From the NCBI GenBank assembly GCA_001600815.1, contig BCKZ01000001.1:1-64000 (forward strand): 64,000 nucleotides of DNA, read 5' to 3'. This DNA is from Alloascoidea hylecoeti. Taxonomy: Eukaryota. This document shows, one piece after another, positions 12,483 to 24,444 of the stretch. The position numbers and the translations under genes were made by a program. The notes beneath the pieces are model-generated. The model had not been told where the DNA came from and did no database searches. It worked only from the letters and a program-made list of their open reading frames with translations. Within the stretch, counting starts at the first letter, position 1. Every line of letters begins with the position of its first letter.

Positions 12483-14374
12483 ATGAGTATTTTACGTCTG
12501 GCAAGACAGGCAAAAACACCTTGTTTTCAAACATTTGGGAAAAGGTATGTTCAACATTTAGATCTTAAAAAATCTGACTCAATTAACAATTTTTCATGAT
12601 AGATGCCTAAGCTCTTCAACTCGATTAGAAAAGGAGAAGCTAAATAGACATAGTTCTATAATTACAGAACCTGTTGATCAGGGTGCTTCTCAAGCAATGT
12701 GTAAGTCTCAATTGAATATCTCCTAATATTTATTATCTATCTAACATTTTAAAAGTATATGCTACTGGTTTTAAACGAGAAGATATGAAAAAAGCTCAAA
12801 TTGGTGTTGGATCTGTTTGGTGGACAGGTAACCCATGTAACATGCACTTATTAGATCTCAATTTTAAAATCACTGAAGGAGTCGAAAAAGCGGGGCTTAA
12901 AGGTATGCAATTCAACACAATTGGTGTATCTGATGGTATTTCAATGGGTACAACAGGAATGAGATATTCTTTACAATCAAGAGAAATCATTGCCGATTCT
13001 TTTGAAACAATAATGATGGCCCAACACTATGACGGTAATATTGCAATTCCATCATGTGATAAAAATATGCCAGGTGTTTTAATGGCTTTTGGAAGACATA
13101 ATAGACCTTCAATTATGGTTTATGGTGGTACTATTTTACCAGGTTGTAGTAAAGCTGGAAATCCAATTGATGTTGTTTCTGTTTTTCAAGCTTATGGTGA
13201 ATATATTTCTGGACAAATTGATAATGAGGCAAGAATGGATGTGGTTGAACATGCTTGTCCTGGCCCTGGCTCTTGTGGTGGTATGTATACTGCAAACACA
13301 ATGGCTTCAGCTGCTGAAGTAATGGGTATATCATTACCATTCTCATCATCATCACCTGCTGTATCAAAAGAAAAACAAAAAGAATGTATTGATGTTGGTT
13401 TAGCTATAAAACATTTATTAGAAATTGATTTAAAACCAAGAGATATAATGACAAAAACTGCATTTGAAAATGCAATTACTTATATTATTGCAACTGGTGG
13501 TTCAACAAATGCTGTATTACATTTAATTGCTGTTGCCCATGCATGTGGTGTTAAATTAACAATTGATGATTTTCAAAAAATTAGTGATAAAACTCCATTT
13601 ATTGCAGATTTTAAACCAAGCGGGAAATATGTTATGGCTGATTTAATGCAATATGGTGGTACACCAGCTGTTATGAAATATTTATTAAAAGAAGGTTTAT
13701 TAGATGGTTCAACGATGACTGTTACTGGTAAAACTATGGCTGAAAATTTAGATAAAGTTGGTGATTTGACAGATTCTCATAAGATTATAAAACCATTATC
13801 TAATCCAATTAAATCAAATGGTCATTTACAAATTTTAAGAGGTAGTTTAGCTCCTGAAGGTGCAGTTGGTAAAATTACTGGTAAAGAAGGTACTTATTTT
13901 AAAGGAAAAGCAAAATGTTATAATGATGAAGATAGTTTTATTCATGCATTAGAAAAAGGTGAAATTAAAAAAGGTGAAAAAACTGCTGTTATTATAAGAT
14001 ATGAAGGACCAAAAGGAGGACCAGGTATGCCAGAAATGTTAAAACCTTCAGCTGCATTAATGGGTTATGGTTTAGGTAAAGATGTTGCTTTATTAACTGA
14101 TGGTAGATTTAGTGGTGGATCTCATGGTTTTTTAATTGGTCATATTGTTCCTGAAGCTTATGTTGGTGGACCAATTGGTTTAGTTGAAAATGGTGATGAA
14201 ATTGTTATTGATACTGATCATAATTCAATTGAATTATTAGTTGATGAGGAAATATTAAAAGAAAGGAAATTAAAATGGACTCCTCCTGCTCCTCGTTATA
14301 CAAGAGGTGCTTTGGCTAAATATGCTAAATTGGTATCAGATGCTTCTCATGGTTGTGTAACTGATGATTTTTAA
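12483..14374 (+). CDS. ILV3: Mitochondrial dihydroxy-acid dehydratase; introns 12545-12602 and 12701-12755
   Basis: Arg-rich presequence, [72 protein letters not shown]. Confidence 0.98.
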
Positions 14375-17300
14375 TTTTCATTCTGTTATAAAGATATACC
14401 ATCATATTTTTGTTAATAATGACAATACCAACAAAATAAAACGAAAAGATTAAGAAACCAAAAGGGACGATAAATATTTTTGGATTTTTCTTTTAGTTTT
14501 TCATATTCATATTCATATGTATCATTTTTCATTTTCATTTTTTATTTATTTCATAATTTAGTTAGTTATGTACAAGCTGTAAATACGACTTAAAAGTGGA
14601 TCTGAAGATTCCTTTTAAGATTTAATAAATCATTTATTAAAAATCATTGTTATTACTTGTTCAGTTTAAATTCTTCTACAACTACATGTACATATACAAC
14701 CGTTGCAGGTTTCAGACAAACTTTGAACTGTATGGAATCATTATGGACATCGATTATTTAGCTTATATATAACCTATGACTTTATATAATGAGATTTTAT
14801 TTTAATTTTCATTTTATTATCTTGTAGGTTTAATATTGATAATTTTTGGAAGGGAAAAGAAAAGGTATATTTCAATGGGTTGTAGGTTTGTTTTATAATT
14901 CATCAGAATTCAATTATAGATTTTATCATCATCAATTTCTTTTTTTTATCTTTATTTATTAAAATTGAGAACTAGGAAAATAAAGAAAACTGCGGGTTTA
15001 AAAAAGGTGTCTAATATCTTTTCAAATTCGCCACCAAATCTATTAATATTATTATTAATAAATTTCAGATCTTTTGAAATTACTTATTCATAGCACTTCA
15101 TAATTCCAAAACAATGTATCAATTATTAAGATAACGAAATGATCCATAAATAAATATTAATCTGTTAATTTAATTCTTTATAATATGATTATCAATTTTT
15201 GTGGAATAATTTAAGCTGATCAAGTTATAATAATCATCATCAATTTCTCTACTCAATGTTGTTTTTAACTTGTTTAATAAAAGAATCAGGCAGGCAAAGT
15301 GTTCAATTAAAGATTTCAAACCGATGTAGATACTACAGCAGTGTAGGCAAGGACCACTCAATATATTCTGATTCCTGGTGTGATCTTGATCATAGTCTGA
15401 CTTGTCGATAGCTTTGTGTCAGAGTTAGATATGTGATATAATATACGCCTGTTCTCATATATACGATCCTGTTATTATTATATAGTTCCTTCCCTATTCC
15501 TCCCGTGTGATCTTTGTCTGACCTCATTTGTTGATAGATTGTCCCATGTCACTTCCCGGGTCTTGTGTTATCACGTGCTAAAAATCACTGAGAGGTCCGA
15601 TCCACCCACACCATTTGAAATGTGAGTTACTCTAAATTAAAACATGATTAAATTTAAAAAAAATAATAACGATTTTGGAAAACCATCTAGAATCATTAAT
15701 CAAGGATTCACTAGTTTATTTTTTAGGTTCATCGCTAACCCTAGGTAAATTCTGGAAAACCTCTATCTCCTTATTTATAGTAAAGTATGACCTCTCTTTT
15801 ACTTTCAGCCCATATCATAAGTCTTACAGACGCAGACTTCATTAAATTATAAATATTTTGAAGTTAAAATGGCTAGGGTGATTATTTTTGAGTATGTATT
15901 CGCATTCATCACTAAATATAAAACCATCCCACTGAGATCATTCCAATTTATCTTTAGATTATATCAATCTGTTATTTTGATTCTGTTTGAGGTGGCGTTA
16001 CATTAGAAGAGTTAATGTATATCTTTACAGTGAACAGTACTAGTTGAAAGGTACAATTCTGACCCTTCTGCCTATAATATCTCAGAATTGAGAAGCCTTG
16101 TTTACTCTGATTGCAAGTTTCAATCCACTTAGTTGGTTGTAAGTTCTTTGTAGAATTACCATTAATATTAATATTACAAGAAATCTCGCTTAACAGAATT
16201 TTAAAAAATACGTACTGTATTTTTTGGAGTGGTTTCTGAAAAAGAAGCGCTTATAAGATATTTCATCGGTAAGCTTTTTAATCAAGTTATTATTATGTGT
16301 TTATTCATTATTATAAATAACCCAAAAATAACCTAAACTTTATATCGAATACACGAATCAGTATTACGACTCTTATGATTCTTAGCTACAATGATAACTT
16401 GTTATAAATTAAATTTTTCACTTGTATAGACCAATTTACTTAATACATTTAATTCTTTTAGCATGATAAATTCAGTTCTAAAGAAACTGAAATTAGAGAG
16501 TGGATGGATAGTAAATATTTACAACACAGAACTAACTTTGATTTCCTCGTGGTGCTCATCGACGTCAAAAGTTTCACCCAGAGCTCTTAACACTGACAGT
16601 TATTTCATAACTTGTCATTTAATGCCAGACGTAATTGTTTTTAGAATTCATAAAGACAATAAAATAAAAGATGATTTCTATAAACTGAATACAGGGGAAT
16701 TCTTAACTAGAATAATATTAAAACCTTCAAAGGAAATAATGAATCACCTTTTTCCTGGTGAATATCATATATTTAAGATATTAGTCAAATTTATTCAAGC
16801 TTCCAATTGCCCCTGAATGTATTCCAAATGGGGAAAAGACCATAAGTATAAAAACATTAATGGCTTTAGATTCTTCAAAGCTAGGTTCGACGAGCAAAAA
16901 TGTAGACCCACCCTATTCATGGAAATATAAGATTGTGACACACTGGAAAGTCATACTATTGATTCTAGTGACAAATTTTTATATCTTATATACTGTACAT
17001 GAGAAGTATAGTTGGAATTGGGTTTTTAATGGTTATAATATAAGCTTACAATCACGCTTGATTTATATGCATAGTCTATAATATTTATGATAATTAATAT
17101 GAAATCAGTTACAGTCATTCCATTTAATGTCGGCCTCACAATGGTATAAATACTCGACATCCTTATAATTAAATAACTACACATAATATGTACAAGGTAG
17201 AAACTTAGATGGTGGCCGAATATTAATGTATCAATAAGCGAATATCTACTTATCAACTAGTCAATATAGATTATTCAGTATTATCAAATATATGCTATTA

Positions 17301-19552
17301 TTTGATACCTCAAATGGCTGAGAGTAAGTGTAGTTGCTCTATATCCTCTTTCTCCACAATAAGATACACAAAGTGATTGAAAAAGAAAAAAGAAAACAAA
17401 TTAAGCAAGAAATTAAATTCTACGATTATTGAAAAAAGAAGTTTAAAGTTAGAAGTTGTAAGACGTCTTGAGAATATATTTAAACATTATTTGTAAAGAA
17501 ATGATATTTACCAAATTTATACAAAACATTATAAGCATATTCGAAAAAGATGTAAAAAGACTTTATGTGTAGAACCATACGAACTGAAATATGACTCACA
17601 GAATGAATGATATAGATACAAATGGATTAGAAAATATACACACACCGGAAGTGGGCCTTCGAGCAGATATAGTTGATTGTAATTCGATAGGCGATGAAAT
17701 CGACATCGGTACTTCAAACATCGCAATAGCGCTGCGTTTGGATCTAATATACTAGAAAAGTCTGTAATGAAACAAAGAGTAAACCCAAGCACAATAAATA
17801 TTAATAATGTTATATCGGACCATGATCAAACTTTCATTCCAATCATGGAAGGAATATTGTTTGGGCAATGAAATATGTCACATTAAAACATTACTATATT
17901 TCAGTTGAAAAGGGAAGACCTAGATACTGTAAATTTAAGTACAATGTGTACTCAAATACATATTTTCATCATACTCAGTAGATTAATATAATAAAAACAG
18001 GGAGTAAAGTTTGTAACCCTTTTATTTTTTTTCTTCCCATTTGTTATTGGAAAAAGCCATATTTATTGACAACCACAAGGGAGATAACAACCGTTTAAAC
18101 AATTTCGACATGTCTTTACTCAGTTGCAGAGATTTTCTAGATCATAAAAACAATTGAGAAAGTTTGGTTATTATTTTGTGATCCAAACTGTCGCTATCTT
18201 TTCAAAAAATACTAAATTCAATTAATGGGCAATTGTCATCTGCAAAATATAACTTATATTTTGAGGGTACTTTATGTTGGATATATATTACACTCTTAGA
18301 ACAGTTCACTAAAGAGTCAATTGGCTTTTTGGCGCAACTGGGAGAACAGGCACTTTGAACTTTAACACTTTATTATGCCAAAATAATTATTAAAAACACT
18401 AAACCTATGTGTTATAATTATAAATCATTAAATAGATATAACAAACAAAAATGTAACTCCAAAATAAAATGCCATTGTTGTTGAATAATATAATACAAAC
18501 AATCTGCATTGAATTTTAATTAGTAGAAATAGATCTGTATCACATCTGATTTTAGATATCTCAGCGCTTAAGCTTAGTTACACACTTCATCAAATAAACC
18601 CAAGCAATTATTTTATTCTATTATATTTTCTTTTCTTTATTTACTTTATTTACTTCTACGAAAATGTTTTTAAATCTTCAACTTGATATTAATCTTAAAA
18701 AAGCCGATACTATTAAGGATATTCACCACGTCACATAAGTCATTGGCCACAATGAAAGAGATCAAAGATTAAACACGAATAGCCATATAGCCACAGAGTT
18801 CACGAGGTTCTGGAAAACTCCTATAATCTACCAAGTATTAATTTTGAAGTCTGCATTCTCATAAACTACATTTTCGTATTTTCTATGGCAGAAGAGAAAA
18901 AAGCAACACAATTGTTTTATCAGCGATAGATCTTTTCGTTCTAAATCTGACTTTCGTCGGATTCTTTTTGATTTCCCATCAGGTAACATATTAAAGAAGT
19001 TTGAAAATCGGTCTAAAAGCCACAGAAAGCACCGCAGACTAATACGAACTCCTTTGGGGTCTATATGAATCATTGAATCCTGATGAGGTTTTAATTCAAG
19101 GGGGCGAACAAGAAGAGCAGGCAGGCAATTGATTCTGACCAGGAAAATTTTTTGACCCAACCCAATGGAGGTTCTTCTATAAACGTGGAGTTTCCACTTG
19201 AAGCCTCTGAATCTAGTAGTTGTGCATGCTGAACCGATTGGTTATCTCCAATAATAGCCGTGAGTTGGAAGTTAAATCAAGACGAGTTGAAATAACTTGC
19301 TTTTACTAGTGTTTGGATGTGTCTACAAATGAATGAGAGAATAAGGTAGTAACTGAGCTATTTAGTTTAGCTTTTTAATTGTATCAAAAATAAGTGTTTC
19401 TATTAAATTAAATCAAAACATCAAAACTGTACCGATTTTAGAAAACCAAGACTAATCAAGGGTTTCATTGGGTTTTCTAGAACCCTAGTTAAATCAGAAA
19501 ATTATAAAGAACCTAAAATAAATTATACATCTTCATTCATTTCTTCATAATT

Positions 19553-19997
19553 ATTAACAGCATTCGGACTAACACTAATTATTGATTTTGATATAGCATC
19601 TTATAAAAAATTAGAAGACAAGCAGGACGGAATCGATTTGAATTTTGTTATATTTCCAAATCTTTTGATGAAATTGTAGATTTCATTTCTTAATATCTTG
19701 TTGAGACAACTTCAATACGATATTGAAATAAAGGTGATGTTGCAACTGTGTTTTTCATACCAGAAGTCGAAGAAGTATCTCTTTTACTTGCACCAACAAC
19801 TAAAATTGAAGCTTTAATTACACGCTAAAATGTCTTTGGTGCAATTGCGATGGCACGAGTATCAGAACAATCAAGTTCATTTCATATTTCCGGAACAGCA
19901 CCCCCACCAAATAACGTTCTGCAAGCCGATACAGAACCTTTACTTCCAATTTTAGATAATTTACTAGGCCTATAGGAAATTGAGGAAGTTCATATAA
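19553..19997 (-). pseudogene. ERG19: Diphosphomevalonate decarboxylase (ERG19/MVD1) pseudogene fragment
   Basis: Minus strand reads LYELPQ/SKLSKIGSKGSVSACRTLFGGGAVPEI*NELDCSDTRAIAIAPKTF*RVIKASILVVGASKRDTSSTSGMKNTVATSPLFQYRIEVVSTR/..NSNRFRPACL, colinear with the Mvd1 core (ARKGSGSACRSLFGG..SSTQGMQLTVATSELF..DSNSFHATCL). Stops at 19882-19884 and 19825-19827, plus frameshifts. Absent from the ORF track. Confidence 0.85.
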
Positions 19998-20656
19998 ATC
20001 AGCCGTAATCTATCACCCATGAAAATTTCAGAAGCTGGTAAATTAAGAGCTTCGTCTCTCTTTCCCCAATACTTAAGGGTCTATGAATTGAACAATGAAT
20101 GTTCCTTAGTATATAACGGCAAAAAGACGATGACTGAAATAAAATACCACGATGTTCATCTTCTGAAATTAATTAGCGATTACTGATAATATTAATATAT
20201 AGTTGAACCAGAATGTCCGAAGTTAAGTGAAACCACTGTAATCAATGATAGTAAGAAATCATATCTTGAAGTTACAATATGAATCGTTTCTAATATTTCA
20301 ATTAAAAGGAATTATCGATATTGATCGATGCATAAGTTATAAATAAAACTAATTGATAAAAAGCATTCAAAGGCAATTTATAAATTCAAATTCAAATTCA
20401 AACGATGATATTTTTAGTGGCCATTATTTATAATAAAATGATACAAAATCTATAGCTATAGTTAAAAATTAGATAAAATAATAATTAATAATAAAAAAAA
20501 AATATAAAACAAATGTTAAGCTGATAACTATAATTTTTTTTTAATTTAATTTAAACAAATATATGCAATTTTATATGCAATTTTCATGATTTCCATTTAA
20601 ATGTTTAAAAGACAATGATGCATTTCTATATTTCATTATTTATATTTTTTATAAGA

Positions 20657-22267
20657 TTATCGTTCATATTTTTTTTTTAAAAAAGGACTTGGAATTTCAT
20701 CATAAGAATCTCTTCTTTTATTATTTATATCAGATAAAACCATTTTTCCAAAATTTCCATTAATATTTGGTGTTTTATTACCTGCTTGGATTCTCATTCT
20801 TGCAGCAGCTGCTCCTAATCCCATTCCACCATTAATATTATTACCATTAATTAATTGATGATAATGATTACTATTTCCTCTATTATGATCTTTTTGATCA
20901 GATGAATCTGTTAGACTTTTTGTTCTTCCTACTGTACCATCTGATAATGCACCTAATGGTACTCTATTCCCACGAGATGGGGTTTCATATGCTTGAGATG
21001 ATGGTTCTCTTGGTCCTTTAACTGCTCTATAGTTGTTATTTGATGGTGATGGTGTCATTGTCATTGTTACATCAATTGGTGAATTTAATGGAGAATTTGA
21101 ATATGATCTTGAAATATTTCGTAAAGCAGAACTTGGTATATTTGCATTTTTATTATTTGATCTTTGTTGTTGTTCAAATTGTTGAGCAATTAAATTCAAT
21201 CTATTTGAAACTTCTTGTTCAACAGCTTTTTGAAATTCAGATTCTGCTCTATTTTTAAATTCTTGTAATTGAAAATTCATTCTTCTTTCTTCTTCAATTA
21301 ATAATATTTCTTTTTGTCTTAATGCTTCTTCAATTTGTGATAATTTTTTTCTTTCATATGCAACTTCTAATTCTTTTCTACATAATTTTATTGGAGCTAA
21401 TTGTAATAAATCTGCACTTGATGGTCTTTTTGTTGCTTCTGTACGTAAACATGATCTTATTGACATTGCTAAAGTTTGAGAATATGTTGATGGAATTGGT
21501 GGATAACTACCTTGTTGTATTCTTTGTGATAATTGCATATGAGTTTTTGCTTGAAATGGAGGATGTAAAGCACATAATTCATACATTACACAACCTAATG
21601 ACCAAATATCAGAAAGTGGTGTATATGGTTGATCTTTTAAAACTTCAGGACTCATATAATAAGGGGTACCGACATAAGTAGTTGCAAATTCAGCTTCATG
21701 TCCTAACATTTTTGCCAAGCCAAAATCTCCTAATTTTACAAAATTATCTTTTAATAAAAAAACATTTGCAGGTTTTATATCTCGATGTATTACAACAGTT
21801 GCTGAATCTGGTTTTGGAATAACTGGATCTGATGTTGAAAATAAAGGACCAACTGGTGGAGGATCAATACCAAAATGACATCTATATAAAGCCAATACCA
21901 ATTGTGAAAATATACTCCAGACCATATCTTCAGGAACCATGTTTCCTGAACTTTTACATTTTCGTATAACACCCGCTAAATCTCCACCATCACAAAATTC
22001 CATATAAAGATGAACCATATGTTGATCTGGTAAATGGTCATGATAATAATATTGAACGATATTCGGATGGGTTAAGCCTCTTAAGATTCGGAACTCAGCT
22101 ATTAGTTGTGATCGTTCTTTTGGATTCATACTCATATAAGAAATTTCCTTCCTTACTAATATTTTACCATCTGTTAATCTTCTCACTTTGTGTACACTCC
22201 CAAATGAGCCACGCCCTATTTGTTCCAATACTTCAAATTGTTCTTGTAGATTTGGAGATGCTGACAT
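20657..22267 (-). CDS. KIN3: NIMA-family (NEK) Ser/Thr kinase
   Basis: IGRGSFGSV, LVRKEISY, YMEFCDGGDL, IHRDIKPANVFL, KLGDFGLAK, YVGTPYYMSPE, then a coiled coil. Confidence 0.93.
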   Translation of the reverse strand: MSASPNLQEQFEVLEQIGRGSFGSVHKVRRLTDGKILVRKEISYMSMNPKERSQLIAEFRILRGLTHPNIVQYYYHDHLPDQHMVHLYMEFCDGGDLAGVIRKCKSSGNMVPEDMVWSIFSQLVLALYRCHFGIDPPPVGPLFSTSDPVIPKPDSATVVIHRDIKPANVFLLKDNFVKLGDFGLAKMLGHEAEFATTYVGTPYYMSPEVLKDQPYTPLSDIWSLGCVMYELCALHPPFQAKTHMQLSQRIQQGSYPPIPSTYSQTLAMSIRSCLRTEATKRPSSADLLQLAPIKLCRKELEVAYERKKLSQIEEALRQKEILLIEEERRMNFQLQEFKNRAESEFQKAVEQEVSNRLNLIAQQFEQQQRSNNKNANIPSSALRNISRSYSNSPLNSPIDVTMTMTPSPSNNNYRAVKGPREPSSQAYETPSRGNRVPLGALSDGTVGRTKSLTDSSDQKDHNRGNSNHYHQLINGNNINGGMGLGAAAARMRIQAGNKTPNINGNFGKMVLSDINNKRRDSYDEIPSPFLKKKYER

Positions 22268-22542
22268 TTTGTGTGAAGATGAGGAACAATCAGTTAAATA
22301 AATTCAACCTCTTTTGATGGTGTTTATTTTCTTGTTATTGGTTGAGTGGATGTTGAAATAGTTGAATATTTTAAATTTGATGGTGAATTTCATGAGGAGG
22401 ACTTAAACACTTTATCTGAATTGTTTACCATTATCCGCATGAGGGCTGCGGAAGGGTAACTTTCTCACTTTCTATACGTTTATTTCATATTTATTTCACA
22501 TTATTTATTTATTTCATGTTATTATACAAATTGATAATTATG

Positions 22543-23280
22543 TTATATCTTTAGTTTAGTCCATATTTCTTGTATACCCGGTTGAATATCTTCTTTTGTC
22601 CAACTTTGTGCTTTTTGAATGGCCATTGAAACAGCAAGTTCTGTTTTAACTTCTTCAGCTTTAACCCAAATTCTTCCATTAACTCCAATTGCAATCTCAT
22701 ATTTACTTTTATCAGCAAGTACTTCTAAAACATCTGTTATAACTTGCATTGTATCTGAACTTTCTGAATTATGAAATAATAATGCTCTTGCAAATGCTAA
22801 ATTAACATCAAAAACATATCCTCCTTCTAATGGACCAAATCCACCATCTTTACCTGTTGTTGGATCAATACATTCTAATTCTGTTTCAATATCTGGATCA
22901 ACTGAGCTAACTCGAGCATAAACGATAGATCCGATTTTTAAATTTGGTCGATTTTTTTTAGATGCATTTGGAAATGACATTGTTGATAAATGAACTGAAG
23001 AAGTATAATTTGATAAATTAACTCTAAAAAAATCTGAAAAAGTACCAGTTATTGATCCTATAACAAAATCTCCAACTGATGGAATATAACGTTTTAAATT
23101 TGATTCAATATATAAAAATGTTTTTCTTTTTTTTTTACCATTATTGAAAAATCCTGCATTTATTGGAATTATTTTGTCTGATGATGGAGATGTAAATAAT
23201 CCTGGCCCAATTAATAAAGGATTTGGATCTTCCTCTATTTCAAATGGTATTTTATCTCCAGGTAATATAATTGTCTCCAT
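22543..23280 (-). CDS. RRP40: Exosome cap subunit Rrp40
   Basis: KRYIPSVGDFVIG, SFPNASKKNRPNLKIGSIVYARV, ELECIDPTTGKDGGFGPL, EIAIGVNGRIWVK. Confidence 0.95.
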   Translation of the reverse strand: METIILPGDKIPFEIEEDPNPLLIGPGLFTSPSSDKIIPINAGFFNNGKKKRKTFLYIESNLKRYIPSVGDFVIGSITGTFSDFFRVNLSNYTSSVHLSTMSFPNASKKNRPNLKIGSIVYARVSSVDPDIETELECIDPTTGKDGGFGPLEGGYVFDVNLAFARALLFHNSESSDTMQVITDVLEVLADKSKYEIAIGVNGRIWVKAEEVKTELAVSMAIQKAQSWTKEDIQPGIQEIWTKLKI

Positions 23281-23421
23281 TTTTACTTTTTATTACTTTT
23301 GAAGGATGATGAAAAGATAATTGTAGCAAAGGTAGGGTAATTTTGGTATACACGTGATCAGGATGTTAGATTAGTGAAAGCACACCAACCTCGATTTTCA
23401 ATTTAAAAGATATAAAATTAT

Positions 23422-24267
23422 ATGAATGAAATATATCCATCAACTTTTTCAATGTCTTTGATTTCACCTTCTGGCTTCAACTATATAAAATCCCCACAAA
23501 CGATGTCTTCTCCATCAACTTCATATATTAAAGAGACACCTATAACTATACGAGAATCTATAAATACGCGAAATGATAAAGATGATAATTTAAAAGAAGT
23601 CAATATGGAATATAATTCTAATATGAATATGCCTTCATCACCACCATATAATGATATAATATGGGATATTAATAACAAAGAAGTTGAAGTTAATGAAAAT
23701 CTGACGCGTTTACCAACTATCACCACTACACCAACGAAAAATAGTATGAGTTTTAATAGTATGACTGGTTCTTCATCAAGTCCTTTACAAAGATCAGGAT
23801 TAGAATTAATGCAAGATAATATGATTGCTAGATATTCTCGATTTAGAAGACCAATGGAAATTCATTCATCATCATTTAAACGTGGTGATTGTAAAGATAA
23901 ATTATCATCCCCTACATCAAAACAATTATTAGAATATAAAGATAGATTAAGGAAAAAAAGAGAAGAAATGGTATTGGAACATAGAGGTGGATATGATGGA
24001 ATGTTTTTCACATTGGTTAAAGCAGATTATGAAAAAGAATTAAAGAAAATTAAAGAAGAAGCTGAATTAAATTCTTATGATTTTAAAGAATTAGATTATG
24101 ATGAATTAGATGATATTCCTGAAATTGAAATTATTCCACCTGAAGATGATATTGATGATGAAGCACAATTGGAGGATTTTTTAAAAGGTGAATTGGAGGA
24201 ATTGGAACAATTGACAAATGATTTAAGCTTAAATATTGAAGATGAGGATGAAAATATGGAAATATAA
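23422..24267 (+). CDS. RTT105: Probable RPA chaperone Rtt105-like protein (281 aa)
   Basis: Disordered SP/TP-rich N-terminus, then SSP..RLRKKREEMVLEHRGGYDGM..ADYEKELKKIKEEAE and an acidic tail ..EDFLKGELEELE. Resembles my recollection of Rtt105 (R-rich helix, RGG..M, ..LKQEA). Not verified by search. Confidence 0.6.
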   Translation: MNEIYPSTFSMSLISPSGFNYIKSPQTMSSPSTSYIKETPITIRESINTRNDKDDNLKEVNMEYNSNMNMPSSPPYNDIIWDINNKEVEVNENLTRLPTITTTPTKNSMSFNSMTGSSSSPLQRSGLELMQDNMIARYSRFRRPMEIHSSSFKRGDCKDKLSSPTSKQLLEYKDRLRKKREEMVLEHRGGYDGMFFTLVKADYEKELKKIKEEAELNSYDFKELDYDELDDIPEIEIIPPEDDIDDEAQLEDFLKGELEELEQLTNDLSLNIEDEDENMEI

Positions 24268-24444
24268 TTAATATTTTGATGGGATGGGGTGGATTAGGTA
24301 TACATTTTTAGCTATTTTTTTTGTATAATAATATATATTTTGCATTAATAACTTTCATTACTTATACTTTATATGCTTTATAATTACACATTTTATGATA
24401 TATATTAACAATATAATTGTAAAAGTTCAAAGTTATTTCTAAAT

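Noticed and set aside
15570..15700. ATCACGTG followed by AT-rich DNA as a point centromere (CDEI-II-III)
   Set aside because: The DNA right after the motif is not a >90% AT CDEII, and no CDEIII (TGxTTxCCGAA) lies at the proper spacing.
15735..15744. CTAACCCTAG as a telomerase RNA template
   Set aside because: Similar AACCCTA strings are scattered through the window, no supporting TER structure is seen, and the telomere repeat of this species is unknown.
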